DNA of 64,000 nucleotides from Lobosporangium transversale (Eukaryota): the NCBI RefSeq assembly GCF_002105155.1, contig NW_019028992.1:620001-684000 (forward strand). The letters run 5' to 3'. Under the pieces are notes generated by a model. The model saw only the letters and a program-made list of their open reading frames with translations. It was not told the origin of the DNA and searched no databases. This document shows, one piece after another, positions 53,492-63,688 of the stretch. Position numbers and translations under genes: made by a program. Each line of letters begins with the position of its first letter. Positions within the stretch are counted from its first letter, which is position 1.

Positions 53492-53797
53492 CAGTGCTCC
53501 TATTCGATTCGAACGGTTCGAATTCGAATAGCTTCGAATATGCCATATCCTGGTTCGATTCGAATGGTTCGAATGGTTCGAATAGGACCACTGGTTACGC
53601 GTAGCGAAAGTATGGTCCTTGTATTTTACACCCGATCAAAAAAAAAAAAAAAAAAAAAAGAAAAGAAAAAAGAAATTTAAAATTATCATTTACTATTGTG
53701 CCAATAGCTCGAATAAATCGAAGGCTCGAATCATTCGAACTATTCGAATAGCATTCAAATTTTGATATCTATTCGAATGGTTCGAATAGGAGCACTG
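53492..53797. mobile_element. Non-autonomous TIR element (hAT-like ends) with TTCGAA subterminal arrays
   Basis: Left end CAGTGCTCCTATTCGA; matching right end TCGAATAGGAGCACTG at 53782-53797; a second near-matching right end finishing at 53593. Many TTCGA(A) units. No TSD found. Confidence 0.6.
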
Positions 53798-53798
53798 G

Positions 53799-55361
53799 TT
53801 TGACCCCAAGAGTTACGTACCACAACGACTCGCTGAAGGCCAAACTGTGCGTAATAAAACGTTGGTGAAGGAATGGCACCAGTGGAGGGCATACTTTTCA
53901 GGGCGAGGAGATGAGGAGCGGCAAAAGGCTTCCAGCTCTGCAAGTATAACGATCCCGGCTGTGCAGAGCTGGCGCGTTGAAGGTATTGTGCTATCTTTGG
54001 CCGTTCAAATATTTTTAATGTATCTGAAATTGACATTTAATGCTTTGTTGTGTATTTGTCCTTTTTACTGTTGCAGCTGAATCGCAAGCAGCAACGGCGA
54101 CCTCTAGCCAAGACGCCATACCGCCTAGTGCTATCGAGGACAATGTTTGGCAACTGAATCCAACATCCGCCGCGTTAACATCACCGTCAATATCACCACT
54201 GTCATCCAATAAGTTGGGACCCGGGCCTCTCTTCGAGCTCAGGACTGCTTTTGCCGCCGCTTTCCAGTCCTTCATTGGTCATCCATGGAGACTGCCCTCT
54301 GGAACAGTTGTGGATGATGTCCTTTTTGCCTATACAATGGGCCAGGGAATAGAGTCAGTGTACCACTCTTTCATGGTTGACCGGACTTGCTCCAAAATTC
54401 TTTTAACGAAGAAGATTGGAAAGCACTTCACGGCTTTTTACAGGTACAGGACCAAGCCGAGAATAGGTACGAGCTTCCAGCCTTCATGATCCATGAGATG
54501 AGAAAGTTTAGGAAGGGGCCTGAGCAGCTGCAGGAAATGCTCAGCTCTGGCTGGCGGGGCCTTGAGCTAGGAGATAAGAATGATGGCATCTCGGTTAGTG
54601 CTTTGGAAGCTTTCCGAGCATGCATGTACCACTCCATGTTGAATATGTACATGGCGTACTCCTCTCAGAATTTCGAGTTACCAAAATCGCAATCTGAGAG
54701 CTGGTACAGGACATTTATTTGGGGATTCCTTCCTCAGCTCTTTTCTTCAGGACGCGCCCTCATCTATGAGCCAGGTGAAAAAGGTGTATCTGCATCAGCG
54801 GCCAGGAAGAACACCCACCGTGACCTCAGCGTTCCATTCAAACGAGGGCACATGGCTGATGGGATCATTTCTTGCAGGAGCAGTAACTGCGAGCTCTGTG
54901 CCATAGAGTTCAGCAAGTTCGAGGATGGGCCAACTGCCACGAAAGTTCTCGAGGACTCCAGGAAGCTTGGGAAAATGCTCAAAGATATGTTTGACGCCAT
55001 CATGAGCAAATGTCAAAAGCCATCCATTGTCCAGAAGAGCTTGAGGGCCTATGGCTTGGTCATTTCTGGCCGAATTATTTACTTTATCTCAGTGCGATAC
55101 CTCGATGGTAGGTATTTCCGATTACAAACCGAGCAGGTCATGGCCCTACCCTCAGTTTGGGATCGGGAGAGCATCACCTGCACGATTGTGGCTCTGCTCT
55201 CAAAGCTTCTGATCTTCAAGCAGCGTATGTTGGAGATGTCAGAGAAAGTAATTGAGTGGACCCAGGTTGTAGACCTTGAGGACATAAAGCAAATGGCCCA
55301 TAGTTCCTCCCTAGATGACGAGGGCGCATTTAGCGAATTAATGACTTGTAGCTCGCCTTGA
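53799..55361 (+). pseudogene. Frameshifted gene with C-terminal PD-(D/E)xK restriction-endonuclease-like domain (CRN-effector-like family)
   Basis: WRLPSGTVVDDVL...ESVYHSF, frame break near 54385, then FNEEDW, SESWY..FIWG, GEKG.SASAARKN, GHMADGII, ELCAIEF. No start codon found; the 5' end abuts the TIR element. Confidence 0.65.
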
Positions 55362-55373
55362 TCATTTTTATAT

Positions 55374-56354
55374 TGCAAAAGTCAAAGTAGTGTTCTAGGG
55401 GGATCTAAGGGTGCAATAAAGGTATCTTCGTTCAGGGAGAACTATGCTACAGAACTAGATAGAAAAGTAGACCTATTTATACTAGTTAATGTCCTGTTGC
55501 AAGGAATGCTCTAGAAATATAGGCGAAATACTATGTTGCACAAAATTATTATAGTGATTTCACTTGCATAAATATAAAAAGGACAGCAGATATAAATGGC
55601 ATTTAATTATGGTTTACTTTCAATAATATCATTACATTTGTTATGGTACGCTACATATAACTTTGTTCCCTTTTATTTTCTTTACTTCTCGTTCCTCCTC
55701 TTTAGACTCAAGTAACGCCCTTCATCCTATTCAGCATACCATAATATAGCTTCTATAAGAATTTATGAGAGATATATTAACATGCAAAACTGAATCAATG
55801 TTTCATTCCTACATAGCAATCCTGATCCTGCGGGGTTAATCAACCTTCGTAGTGCCATCGAGGCCCTTGCGGCCCAACACCAAGAACAAAGAAACATGCA
55901 GCGTACCTTTGAAAGAGATATGCAAACCATCCTGAATTGCCTCGCCAATCGGGCCACAGCCCCTGTTGTACGTACTGCCATTCCACTACCTCTCAGTACC
56001 AAATTCGGGAAATAGCGATGAGCTATCCCTCTCAGACTTCCGTGCCCACCTGCAAGTAGTCTTTGCTCGTTTTCCTTACGTCCTGCCCAGTGATGATGAA
56101 AAAATCAACTATTCTCTCCAGTGTCTAGATGGTTATGCATCCCAACACTTTGCTCAGTATATGCAAGCGAAATTACTATTATGATTTTGTACGACAGTAG
56201 TTCGCCCAATTTTCTAGAGTATTCCTTGCAGCAGGACATTAGCTCGTATAAATAAACTCACTTTCCTATCTAGTTCTGCAACATAAATTCCCTTGAATAA
56301 AGACGCTTTTATTATACCCTTAGATCCCCCTAGAATACTACCTCAACTTTTGCA
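55374..56354. repeat. Diverged inverted repeat of about 200 bp (55374-55570 vs about 56158-56354)
   Basis: For example GTTCTAGGGGGATCTAAGGGT pairs with ACCCTTAGATCCCCCTAGAAT, and TAATGTCCTGTTGCAAGGAAT with ATTCCTTGCAGCAGGACATTA. Confidence 0.8.
55810..56184 (+). pseudogene. Retrotransposon Gag (capsid-like) fragment
   Basis: PLPLSTKFG / SDELSLSDFRAHLQVVFARFPYVLPSDDEKINYSLQCLDGYASQHF, frameshifted; Ty3/Gypsy-type gag pattern. Confidence 0.55.
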
Positions 56355-56511
56355 GATGTCTAGGTCAAGACGTACCTCCTGGAAAATAATAACCAGAAGC
56401 TGAAAGTAAAGTGGGCATTGAATGTGGAACGCAGCATCACATTGTCTAGGTTCTTACTAATTCATTTCTACATGGTAAAGTAAGGAATGTAAATATTGTT
56501 GTCTCTATGTA

Positions 56512-57488
56512 CGTGTAAATTTGCAGGTGTTATTAGACGAAATATGCAACACCTACCACAAACATCGTTTTGTACATGCTACTGTACGTGCTTAGTCACA
56601 TGAAATAACAAATTTAGCGTGGCTTCGTATAATGGGACTGCCTCTTTCTCTGGGTTTGGGACTGCCTCTTTCTCTGGGTTTGGGACACCCTAAGTGTATT
56701 CGTAACTTGAGTGCACGTGACAAAATCGACCTATTTAAGGCTTGTTTTTTTCCTTTTCTCCACTTTTTTCTCTTTTTTCTTTTCTTTTACTTTTTTACAA
56801 CCAACCTAAACACTTTCCAAATCTACTGCAGCGCTCACTCTAGCCTTCCTAATCAGCTAAGTATACTACACTTCCTCCTTATCCAAACAACTGCTTTCCC
56901 AACACCTCTTTCAAAAACAAAATGCAACCCATCATTAAACGCAAAGCACCCGAGGACAATTCCACTGAGCATGAGAGGCAAGTGTCAAAGAAACAACGAA
57001 CCGAAAAGACACAAGGACCGGTGGCAGATGTCGATAGAGCTATTGATTGGTCGTCGTCTTCTGCATGGATGCGATCAGTCGACTATAACAGGAGATATCG
57101 AAATACCAATAGAGCCAATGAATGGTCGTGGTCGCGAACATTCAGGTATAGCAGCGGCGATGCAAACAGGATGCGCAGAACATTTCTGCGTGATCCGGTG
57201 ACTGGAAGCACTTTCACCATTTTGTGCTCTCCGTCGTACAACGCTTTCAAAATGGAAACAAAATGGGAGCCCGGAAAACCAGGCCGAAAGGATATGACTG
57301 TTGTTCGTATAGAGTCTTCTGACGATAAATCATCGACAACTTTAACATCGGTCAAATCCTCTACGGCCTAGGTCGGCGTAAGGTCCCGGACTCGTGAGCA
57401 AGGAGCGTCCGGAAGAGAAAGCGGGGGTCGGAATTCAAAACGACGAAGGAGCCCGAACAGCAATAAGTAGGGCTGGGCTCGTATATTC

Positions 57489-57524
<36 letters not shown>

Positions 57525-57697
57525 AAAAAAAAAAAGCAAAAAAAAAACTAAAACAAAAAAACTAAAAAAAAAAAAAAAAAAAAACTTTCATTTCATATGA
57601 TTGTTTTTGTTATGAAAAGAAGAGACCCAATTACTTATATTGCTTAGTGTGTCAGCATTTAGTGTTAAGCCTATTAAAGGGTTTGTTCTAATAAATA
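56512..57697. repeat. Left arm of a roughly 1.2-kb inverted repeat (partner 59608-60850)
   Basis: Reverse complement of 59608-60850. Starts after TA (56510-56511). Contains a 24-bp tandem repeat at 56633-56680 and a long A-rich tract. Confidence 0.95.
56922..57470 (+). pseudogene. Orphan basic protein, copy A; premature TAG at 57369-57371 (149 aa), ancestral stop at 57468-57470
   Basis: First 92 codons identical to copy B. Copy B has TCG(Ser) where this copy has TAG. The frame stays open past the TAG to the same SPNSNK* end. Confidence 0.65.
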
Positions 57698-57757
57698 TAA
57701 TAAAATTATCTTTTGTCTCTAAGCTATCAGCAGCCTATAAAAGCAATATGAAGGATA

Positions 57758-59607
57758 CACTATCATGCAAAACTGAATGAATAATTCATTCCAATATGCA
57801 TTTCTTTTTTTTCTTTCCTAGAAACCGTATATGCATACAACATTCTTACTTTGGTTTAATAAAACTCCCGTCTTCTTCTACATCATAGTTATGCGTTGTG
57901 ACATTAGCTTGTCTCATATGGAAAGTTAATGGCTTTTTTATTCATGCAGCTCACTTTTTCAGTTTTGCATGTGCCCATTCGGTGACCAAAGATCTTTATT
58001 CTTTTCTGAGCCATAACCTTACATCAATAAAGAGTATTCCAACCATGGGCATCACTGACAGCTTGGAGTCTCTTATGAATACCTATGATGAGTTTGCGGC
58101 AGAAATCCACTGGGATCCTGTACCATTCAACCGATATTCGCTCCCTTAGTTCATCACAGCTCTTATGTAAATAGTAACAATCAAAGGTGATCTTAGGTGG
58201 AATCGAAGGTCAAAGGATACTTTATTTGGTTATAACGTAGTGGACTATTTATACTGATAATTGATAGGGGTGGGGCTTGGTGTCTTGGCACTTGGGCTTG
58301 GCGTCTTGGCACCTGGGGTGCGCGTGATAGTTGAGCCCTCCTCAAAGGTTTGAGTCAGTATTGTATAACACGTTTGCATCTTAGCTCGCTCCGGATACCT
58401 AGAGAGCCGTCTATCCAATTCTGCCCACATGTGTTCAATAGGGTTGAGGTCAGGGGATTGTGCTGGCCACTCTAGAAGTGTACCTTCCTCCTCTGTCAGA
58501 TGTACTGACTCCAAATACTTCCTAACAATCCTCGCCGTGTGCTTCGAGTCATTGTCGTGCTGAAAGACGATATCGCTTTTAGTTAGGCCTCAGTCATCAA
58601 GCGACATCTGTAGATCCTCCTGGAGTAGTTTGATGTAAAGTTGTGCGTCCATATTATTGTCAATCTTTGCAATGTATCCAGGTCCGTACCATGAGAAGCA
58701 TGACCACACTTTAACGTTACCACCTCCAAACTCGACAGTGCCTTGCACCGATCTGCGAGTGAGGCGTCCTGGAGTGTCGTCCCAGATCCACTGCACGCCA
58801 TCAGAGCAGTTTCGGTTTATTTTCGATTCATCTGACCAAATAGCTTTTTTCCAATCTTCCAGAGTCCATTCCTTATACTTATTGATAAAATGCAAACGAG
58901 CTTTAATATGTCGTCGACGTAAAGCTGGCTTACGTACACGCCTCTCTGCTGTCAATCCTAACTCCTTGAGCCGTCGTCTAACGGTGGTCTCAGAAACAGC
59001 CGCTGGTATGAGCTGGTTGGCTCTGACGGTGGCCTCAACTGCAGACTTGAGTGTACCTCGTTTCATGTCCACCTTAAGATACTGTATGATATCTCTAGAT
59101 ACCTTCCTTGGTCGACCGCCTTATTGACTGGCATGTACTCCTTATTCTTTGCATAGATCTTGTTGGCCGTCCCTTGCGATATACCGACACTAGCAGCAGT
59201 TTCTCTAGTAGGCATGCCTCCCATCATTAACCTCCTGGCTTCGTTGACTTTCCTTTGTGGAGTGGGTCTCATATTCTGTGAAGATAGAGTTAAGAGAGAG
59301 GTAAGCTAGTGCTCATAAAGGAAAGAGAGAAAAGTCCTTCTTTTACTTGCATTAAATGACGTCCAGCAGTTGTCATGGGCAACATTTTAGACCACATGCA
59401 AAACTGAAAAAGTGAGCTGCATGAATAAAAAAGCCATTAACTTTCCAAATGAGACAAGCTAATGTCACAACGCATAACTACGACGTAGAAGAAGACGGGA
59501 GCTCTATTAAACCAAAGTATGAGTAGTGTATGCATATAAGGTTTCTAGGAATGAAAAAAAGAAATGCACATTGGAATGAATTATCGAATCAGTTTTGCAT
59601 GATAGTG
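57758..59607 (-). mobile_element. Tc1-family DNA transposon (defective), TIRs of about 215 bp, TA target duplication
   Basis: TIRs 57758-57973 and 59393-59607 begin CACTATCATGCAAAACTG. TA at 57756-57757 and 59608-59609. Confidence 0.92.
58378..59272 (-). pseudogene. Tc1-like transposase, DD39E spacing, disrupted
   Basis: HTH regions, WSDESKI, FQHDNDSKH, WPAQSPDLNPIEHMW. Frameshift near 59120, TGA at 58590-58592, and the C-terminus truncated after YPERAK. Confidence 0.9.
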
Positions 59608-59836
59608 TATTTATTAGAACAAACCCTTTAATAGGCTTAACACTAAATGCTGACACACTAAGCAATATAAGTAATTGGGTCTCTTCTTTTCATAACAAAA
59701 ACAATCACATGAAATGAAAGTTTTTTTTTTTTTTTTTTTTTTTTATTTTTTTTTGGTGTTTTTTTTTTTTTTTTTTTTTAGTTTTTTTGTTTTAGTTTTT
59801 TTTTTGCTTTTTTTTTTTTACTTTTTTTTTTTGCTT

Positions 59837-59867
<31 letters not shown>

Positions 59868-60850
59868 GAATATACGAGCCCAGCCCTACTTATTGCTGTT
59901 CGGGCTCCTTTGTCGTTTTGATTTCCGACCCCCACTTTCTCTTTCGGCCGCTCCTTGCTCATGAGATCGGGGTCTCAGGCCGACCGAAGCCACAGATGAT
60001 TTGACCGATGTTGACATTAAAGTTGTCGACGTTGCATCGTTACAAGACTCCATATGAACAACCGCCATAACCTTTCGGTCTGGTTTGGCGGGTTGCCATT
60101 TTGTATCGATTTTGAGAGCATTGTACGACGGAGACGACAATATGGTGAAAGTGCTTCCACTTGCCGGATCACGCAGAAATGTTCTGCGCATCCTGTTTGC
60201 ATCGCCGCTGCTATACCTGAATGTTCGCGACCACGACCATTCATTGGCTCTATTGGTATTTCGATATCTCCTGTTATAGTCGACTGATCGCATCCATGCA
60301 GAAGACGACGACCAATCAATAGCTCTATCGACATCTGCCACCGGTCCTTGTGTCTTTTCGGTTCGTTGTTTCTTTGACACTTGCCTCTCATGCTCAGTGG
60401 AATTGTCCTCGGGTGCTTTGCGTTTAATGATGGGTTGCATTTTGTTTTTGAAAGAGGTGTTGGGAAAGCAGTTGTTTGGATAAGGAGGAAGTGTAGTATA
60501 CTTAGCTGATTAGGAAGGCTAGAGTGAGCGCTGCAGTAGATTTGGAAAGTGTTTAGGTTGGTTGTAAAAAAGTAAAAGAAAAGAAAAAAGAGAAAAAAGT
60601 GGAGAAAAGGAAAAAAACAAGCCTTAAATAGGTCGATTTTGTCACGTGCACTCAAGTTACGAATACACTTAGGGTGTCCCAAACCCAGAGAAAGAGGCAG
60701 TCCCAAACCCAGAGAAAGAGGCAGTCCCATTATACGAAGCCACGCTAAATTTGTTATTTCATGTGACTAAGCACGTACAGTAGCATGTACAAAACGATGT
60801 TTGTGGTAGGCGTTGCATATTTCGTCTAATAACACCTGCAAATGTACACG
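59608..60850. repeat. Right arm of the roughly 1.2-kb inverted repeat (partner 56512-57697)
   Basis: Reverse complement of the left arm. Begins at the TA next to the Tc1 right TIR and ends at the TA preceding a second Tc1-family TIR. Confidence 0.95.
59886..60440 (-). CDS. Orphan basic protein, copy B (184 aa), NLS-like clusters at both ends
   Basis: Intact intronless ORF with aaaaATG context and TATA-like CTATTTAAG upstream. KRKA...KKQR and RKSKRQRS clusters. Differences from copy A preserve the frame. Confidence 0.65.
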   Translation of the reverse strand: MQPIIKRKAPEDNSTEHERQVSKKQRTEKTQGPVADVDRAIDWSSSSAWMRSVDYNRRYRNTNRANEWSWSRTFRYSSGDANRMRRTFLRDPASGSTFTILSSPSYNALKIDTKWQPAKPDRKVMAVVHMESCNDATSTTLMSTSVKSSVASVGLRPRSHEQGAAERESGGRKSKRQRSPNSNK

Positions 60851-61088
60851 TATAGTGCGTGCCAAAACCGTTTCAGTAAATTGCATTTTTCAACATTCGT
60901 TCCTCATTCTCCTTCTTCTTTATGATCTTCCCTGCCACCACCGTTTCTCATTCTCATTTGTCTCACCTCCATGGAGTCTCATCGTCATCGCCATCAGTGG
61001 CCTATTTAGCATTTAATTGCAATTTGCTTTCAGCATCTCATTGCATCTATTATGGCAATTAACAACTTCTTGTTTTTATTTATTCCTG

Positions 61089-61575
61089 TTACTTCTCCTT
61101 TCCCCTAACGATGTTCCCTCCTTTAGCCTTATATAACTTCCTCATCCTCTTCGGCATACCGCAGTATAGTTTGTGTAAGAATTCAGGAGGGATATGTGTC
61201 CATACGTCTTGGACTCTCTCCCAGAGATCCTCCATATTCTTTGGCTTGTCTGGATAATGATCCAACTGCACCTTCATGTATGCCCATTTGTTTTCTATTG
61301 GGTTGATGTCAGGAGAGTTTGCTGGCCATTCCATGAGAGGTATCTTAGACATTTGGATATAGGTCATTGCTATTCTTCCGGTATGAATCCTAGCATTGTC
61401 CTGCTGAAATATAAATTTATCCCTATCCATCAAGTAGTAATCCCTGGACTTAAAAATATAATCCTTGAGAACGTCGACGTTGGTTACCGAATCCACCTTG
61501 TCTTGGAGCCAGCAGCCATCGCCTGGTCCGTAGTAAGTGATACAACCCCAGAACATCATTTTCCCTCCGCCACCT
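61089..61575 (-). pseudogene. Tc1 transposase 3' fragment (DD34E)
   Basis: MFWGCITYYGPG...FQQDNARIH...WPANSPDINPIENKW...MPKRM; 5' half missing. Confidence 0.9.
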
Positions 61576-61821
61576 TGCCTTGTCTTTTGATATGATGTGC
61601 TCGTAGAGTTTTATCCCATCGATGCTTGTATGGTGCGTGCCAAAACTGATGCAATAATTTGCATTTTTTAACATTCATTCCTCATTCTCCTTTTCCTTTC
61701 TAATGATCTTCCCTACCATCACCGCTTCTCATTCTCATTTGTCTCACCTCCGTGGACTGTCATCGCTGTTCTCATCAATGACGCAATTAGCGAATAATCG
61801 CCATTTGTATAGTCATGTCTC

Positions 61822-62267
61822 ACTACGGACCAGGCGATGGCTGCTGGCTCCAAGACAAGGTGGATTCGGTAACCAACGTCGACGTTCTCAAGGATTATAT
61901 TTTTAAGTCCAGGGATTACTACTTGATGGATAGGGATAAATTTATATTTCAGCAGGACAATGCTAGGATTCATACCGGAAGAATAGCAATGACCTATATC
62001 CAAATGTCTAAGATACCTCTCATGGAATGGCCAGCAAACTCTCCTGACATCAACCCAATAGAAAACAAATGGGCATACATGAAGGTGCAGTTGGATCATT
62101 ATCCAGACAAGCCAAAGAATATGGAGGATCTCTGGGAGAGAGTCCAAGACGTATGGACACATATCCCTCCTGAATTCTTACACAAACTATACTGCGGTAT
62201 GCCGAAGAGGATGAGGGAGTTATATAAGGCTAAAGGAGGGAACATCGTTAGGGGAAAGGAGAAGTAA
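61822..62267 (+). pseudogene. Tc1 transposase 3' fragment (DD34E), inverted copy
   Basis: Same protein as the minus-strand copy from YGPG onward, except K/E in MR(K/E)LYK. Confidence 0.9.
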
Positions 62268-62499
62268 CAGGAATAAATAAAAACAAGAAGTTGTTAATTG
62301 CCATAATAGATGCAATGAGATGCTGAAAGCAAATTGCAATTAAATGCTAAATAGGCCACTGATGGCGATGACGATGAGACTCCATGGAGGTGAGACAAAT
62401 GAGAATGAGAAACGGTGGTGGCAGGGAAGATCATAAAGAAGAAGAAGGAAAATGAGGAATGAATGTTGAAAAATGCAAATTAATGCATCAGTTTCGGAT

Positions 62500-63240
62500 G
62501 AACGAGAGGTGAAAACGTGGAGCAAATTAATCAAGCACACGCGATTTGTTTCCGAATCTGAAGTCATGAGCTCGAATATGGAAATGCCACGTAAGGCATT
62601 AAGCTTGATCTTACCTAGGCCCATTGCCATTAGGTCTCGAGCCCCCTGGAGCTGAGCTGCAGTCACAGATGCCTGAGTGCTTGGGGTTTGGCGAGTCGAG
62701 GCCTTGTTGCCGGGCTGGAAGCTGTAAACTCTGTCGTATTGCTCAGCTGCCTCGAAAAGCCGATATACGGTGAGTGTTTGGGTCACCTGGAGAGAACGCA
62801 AGAGATGGTTCAAGGTTGGGGCACAGCCTTGTACGAAGCAAATAAATGCAAAATCTTCAATGACTTTTTGACCACCGACTGAAGCTTCGTCGGCTAGCAG
62901 GGCAGTTAGGAGCTCGCGCGTTTCAGCGACGTAATCAACGACCGTGGAGACCATTGTCAGGGATGAGGGGCGGTACCGGATGAGCTGAGAGAAATCATTT
63001 GGGATGGATGCAGTGGAAAACTGAACTCAAGAGTTTTAAATGTGGCATCTTCAGCGATGACGGAGACATTCAGCCATTGGGCGACATCGGGACTGAGGAA
63101 GGCAATGGCTAAAACGGTCTGAGGCGCGTCGGGCACAGAAGCGCCCACAAAGAACCGGCGCATGGGGTGCAACCAGGTGGTGGCCATAAAACCATCGCGC
63201 TTGCCATCGAGTTTGTCGGGTTGTGAGTACTTAAAGGAGG
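62500..63240 (-). pseudogene. Ty3/Gypsy-type Gag fragment, disrupted
   Basis: KYSQPDKLDGKRD..ATTWL..MRRFF...AIAFLSPDVAQWL, then L.M..TVVDYVAE and FVQG..P.L...L; interrupted near 62955 and cut by the Tc1 end near 62497. Confidence 0.65.
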
Positions 63241-63437
63241 AAGAAGTAGGGTGTCAGAGACAAGAGTCATGGTAGACAGAAGGAAAGAGAGTTGATCGAG
63301 GGAGAGCAGGGAACGGGAGAGTTTGCGAAGGTAGGGGATCAGGGCACATGGGGTAGAGGTCGAGGATCAAGGAAGCTTTGCTAACATGTGGAAGTAAAGA
63401 CAAAAAGGTAGTTTTATTACAAGTCAGACTAGAAACT

Positions 63438-63596
63438 GTGACAAATGAGACATGAATAAACAAATAATGATTATTTGCTAATTGTGTCGTTGGTGAGGAC
63501 ACCGATGACGGTTTATGGAGGTGAGACATATGAGAACGAGAAACCGCGATGGCAGGGAAGATCATTAGAAAAAAGAAAGGAGAATGAAGAATGAAT
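63438..63596. mobile_element. Older, diverged copy of the DD34E Tc1 terminal region
   Basis: Reverse-complement similarity to about 61675-61820 and direct similarity to 62385-62460 (GGAGGTGAGACA.ATGAGAA.GAGAA, GGCAGGGAAGATCATTAGAAA). Confidence 0.6.
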
Positions 63597-63688
63597 ATCA
63601 AAACCCACAGATTATGTAGAAAATAAAACTCCACTTTTTGTACAATTTGGTTTATTGAATATCTTGATGTTGAGCATTAAGCGAAAAA

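Larger units (their letters stand above)
60853..62497. mobile_element. Rearranged Tc1 (DD34E) element: inverted duplication of transposase 3' half plus TIR, with a third TIR inside
   Basis: TIR-like T(A/G)GTGCGTGCCAAAAC after TA at 60853 and at about 61631. Arms about 60881-61534 and 61822-62478 are near-identical reverse complements. Confidence 0.85.

Noticed and set aside
53492..53797. GGTTCGAAT motifs suggesting tRNA T-loops or a CRISPR-like array
   Set aside because: No cloverleaf and no unique spacers; explained as subterminal repeats of a TIR element.
56632..57201. 189-aa ORF and its 237-aa mirror (60017-60730) overlapping the orphan gene
   Set aside because: Starts within the 24-bp tandem repeat, runs through T-rich promoter/UTR sequence, and its stop is not shared between arms.
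57495..57585. A-rich tract after the orphan ORF as a retrocopy poly(A) tail
   Set aside because: Arm homology continues past the tract and includes upstream promoter sequence; long A/T runs are everywhere in this window.
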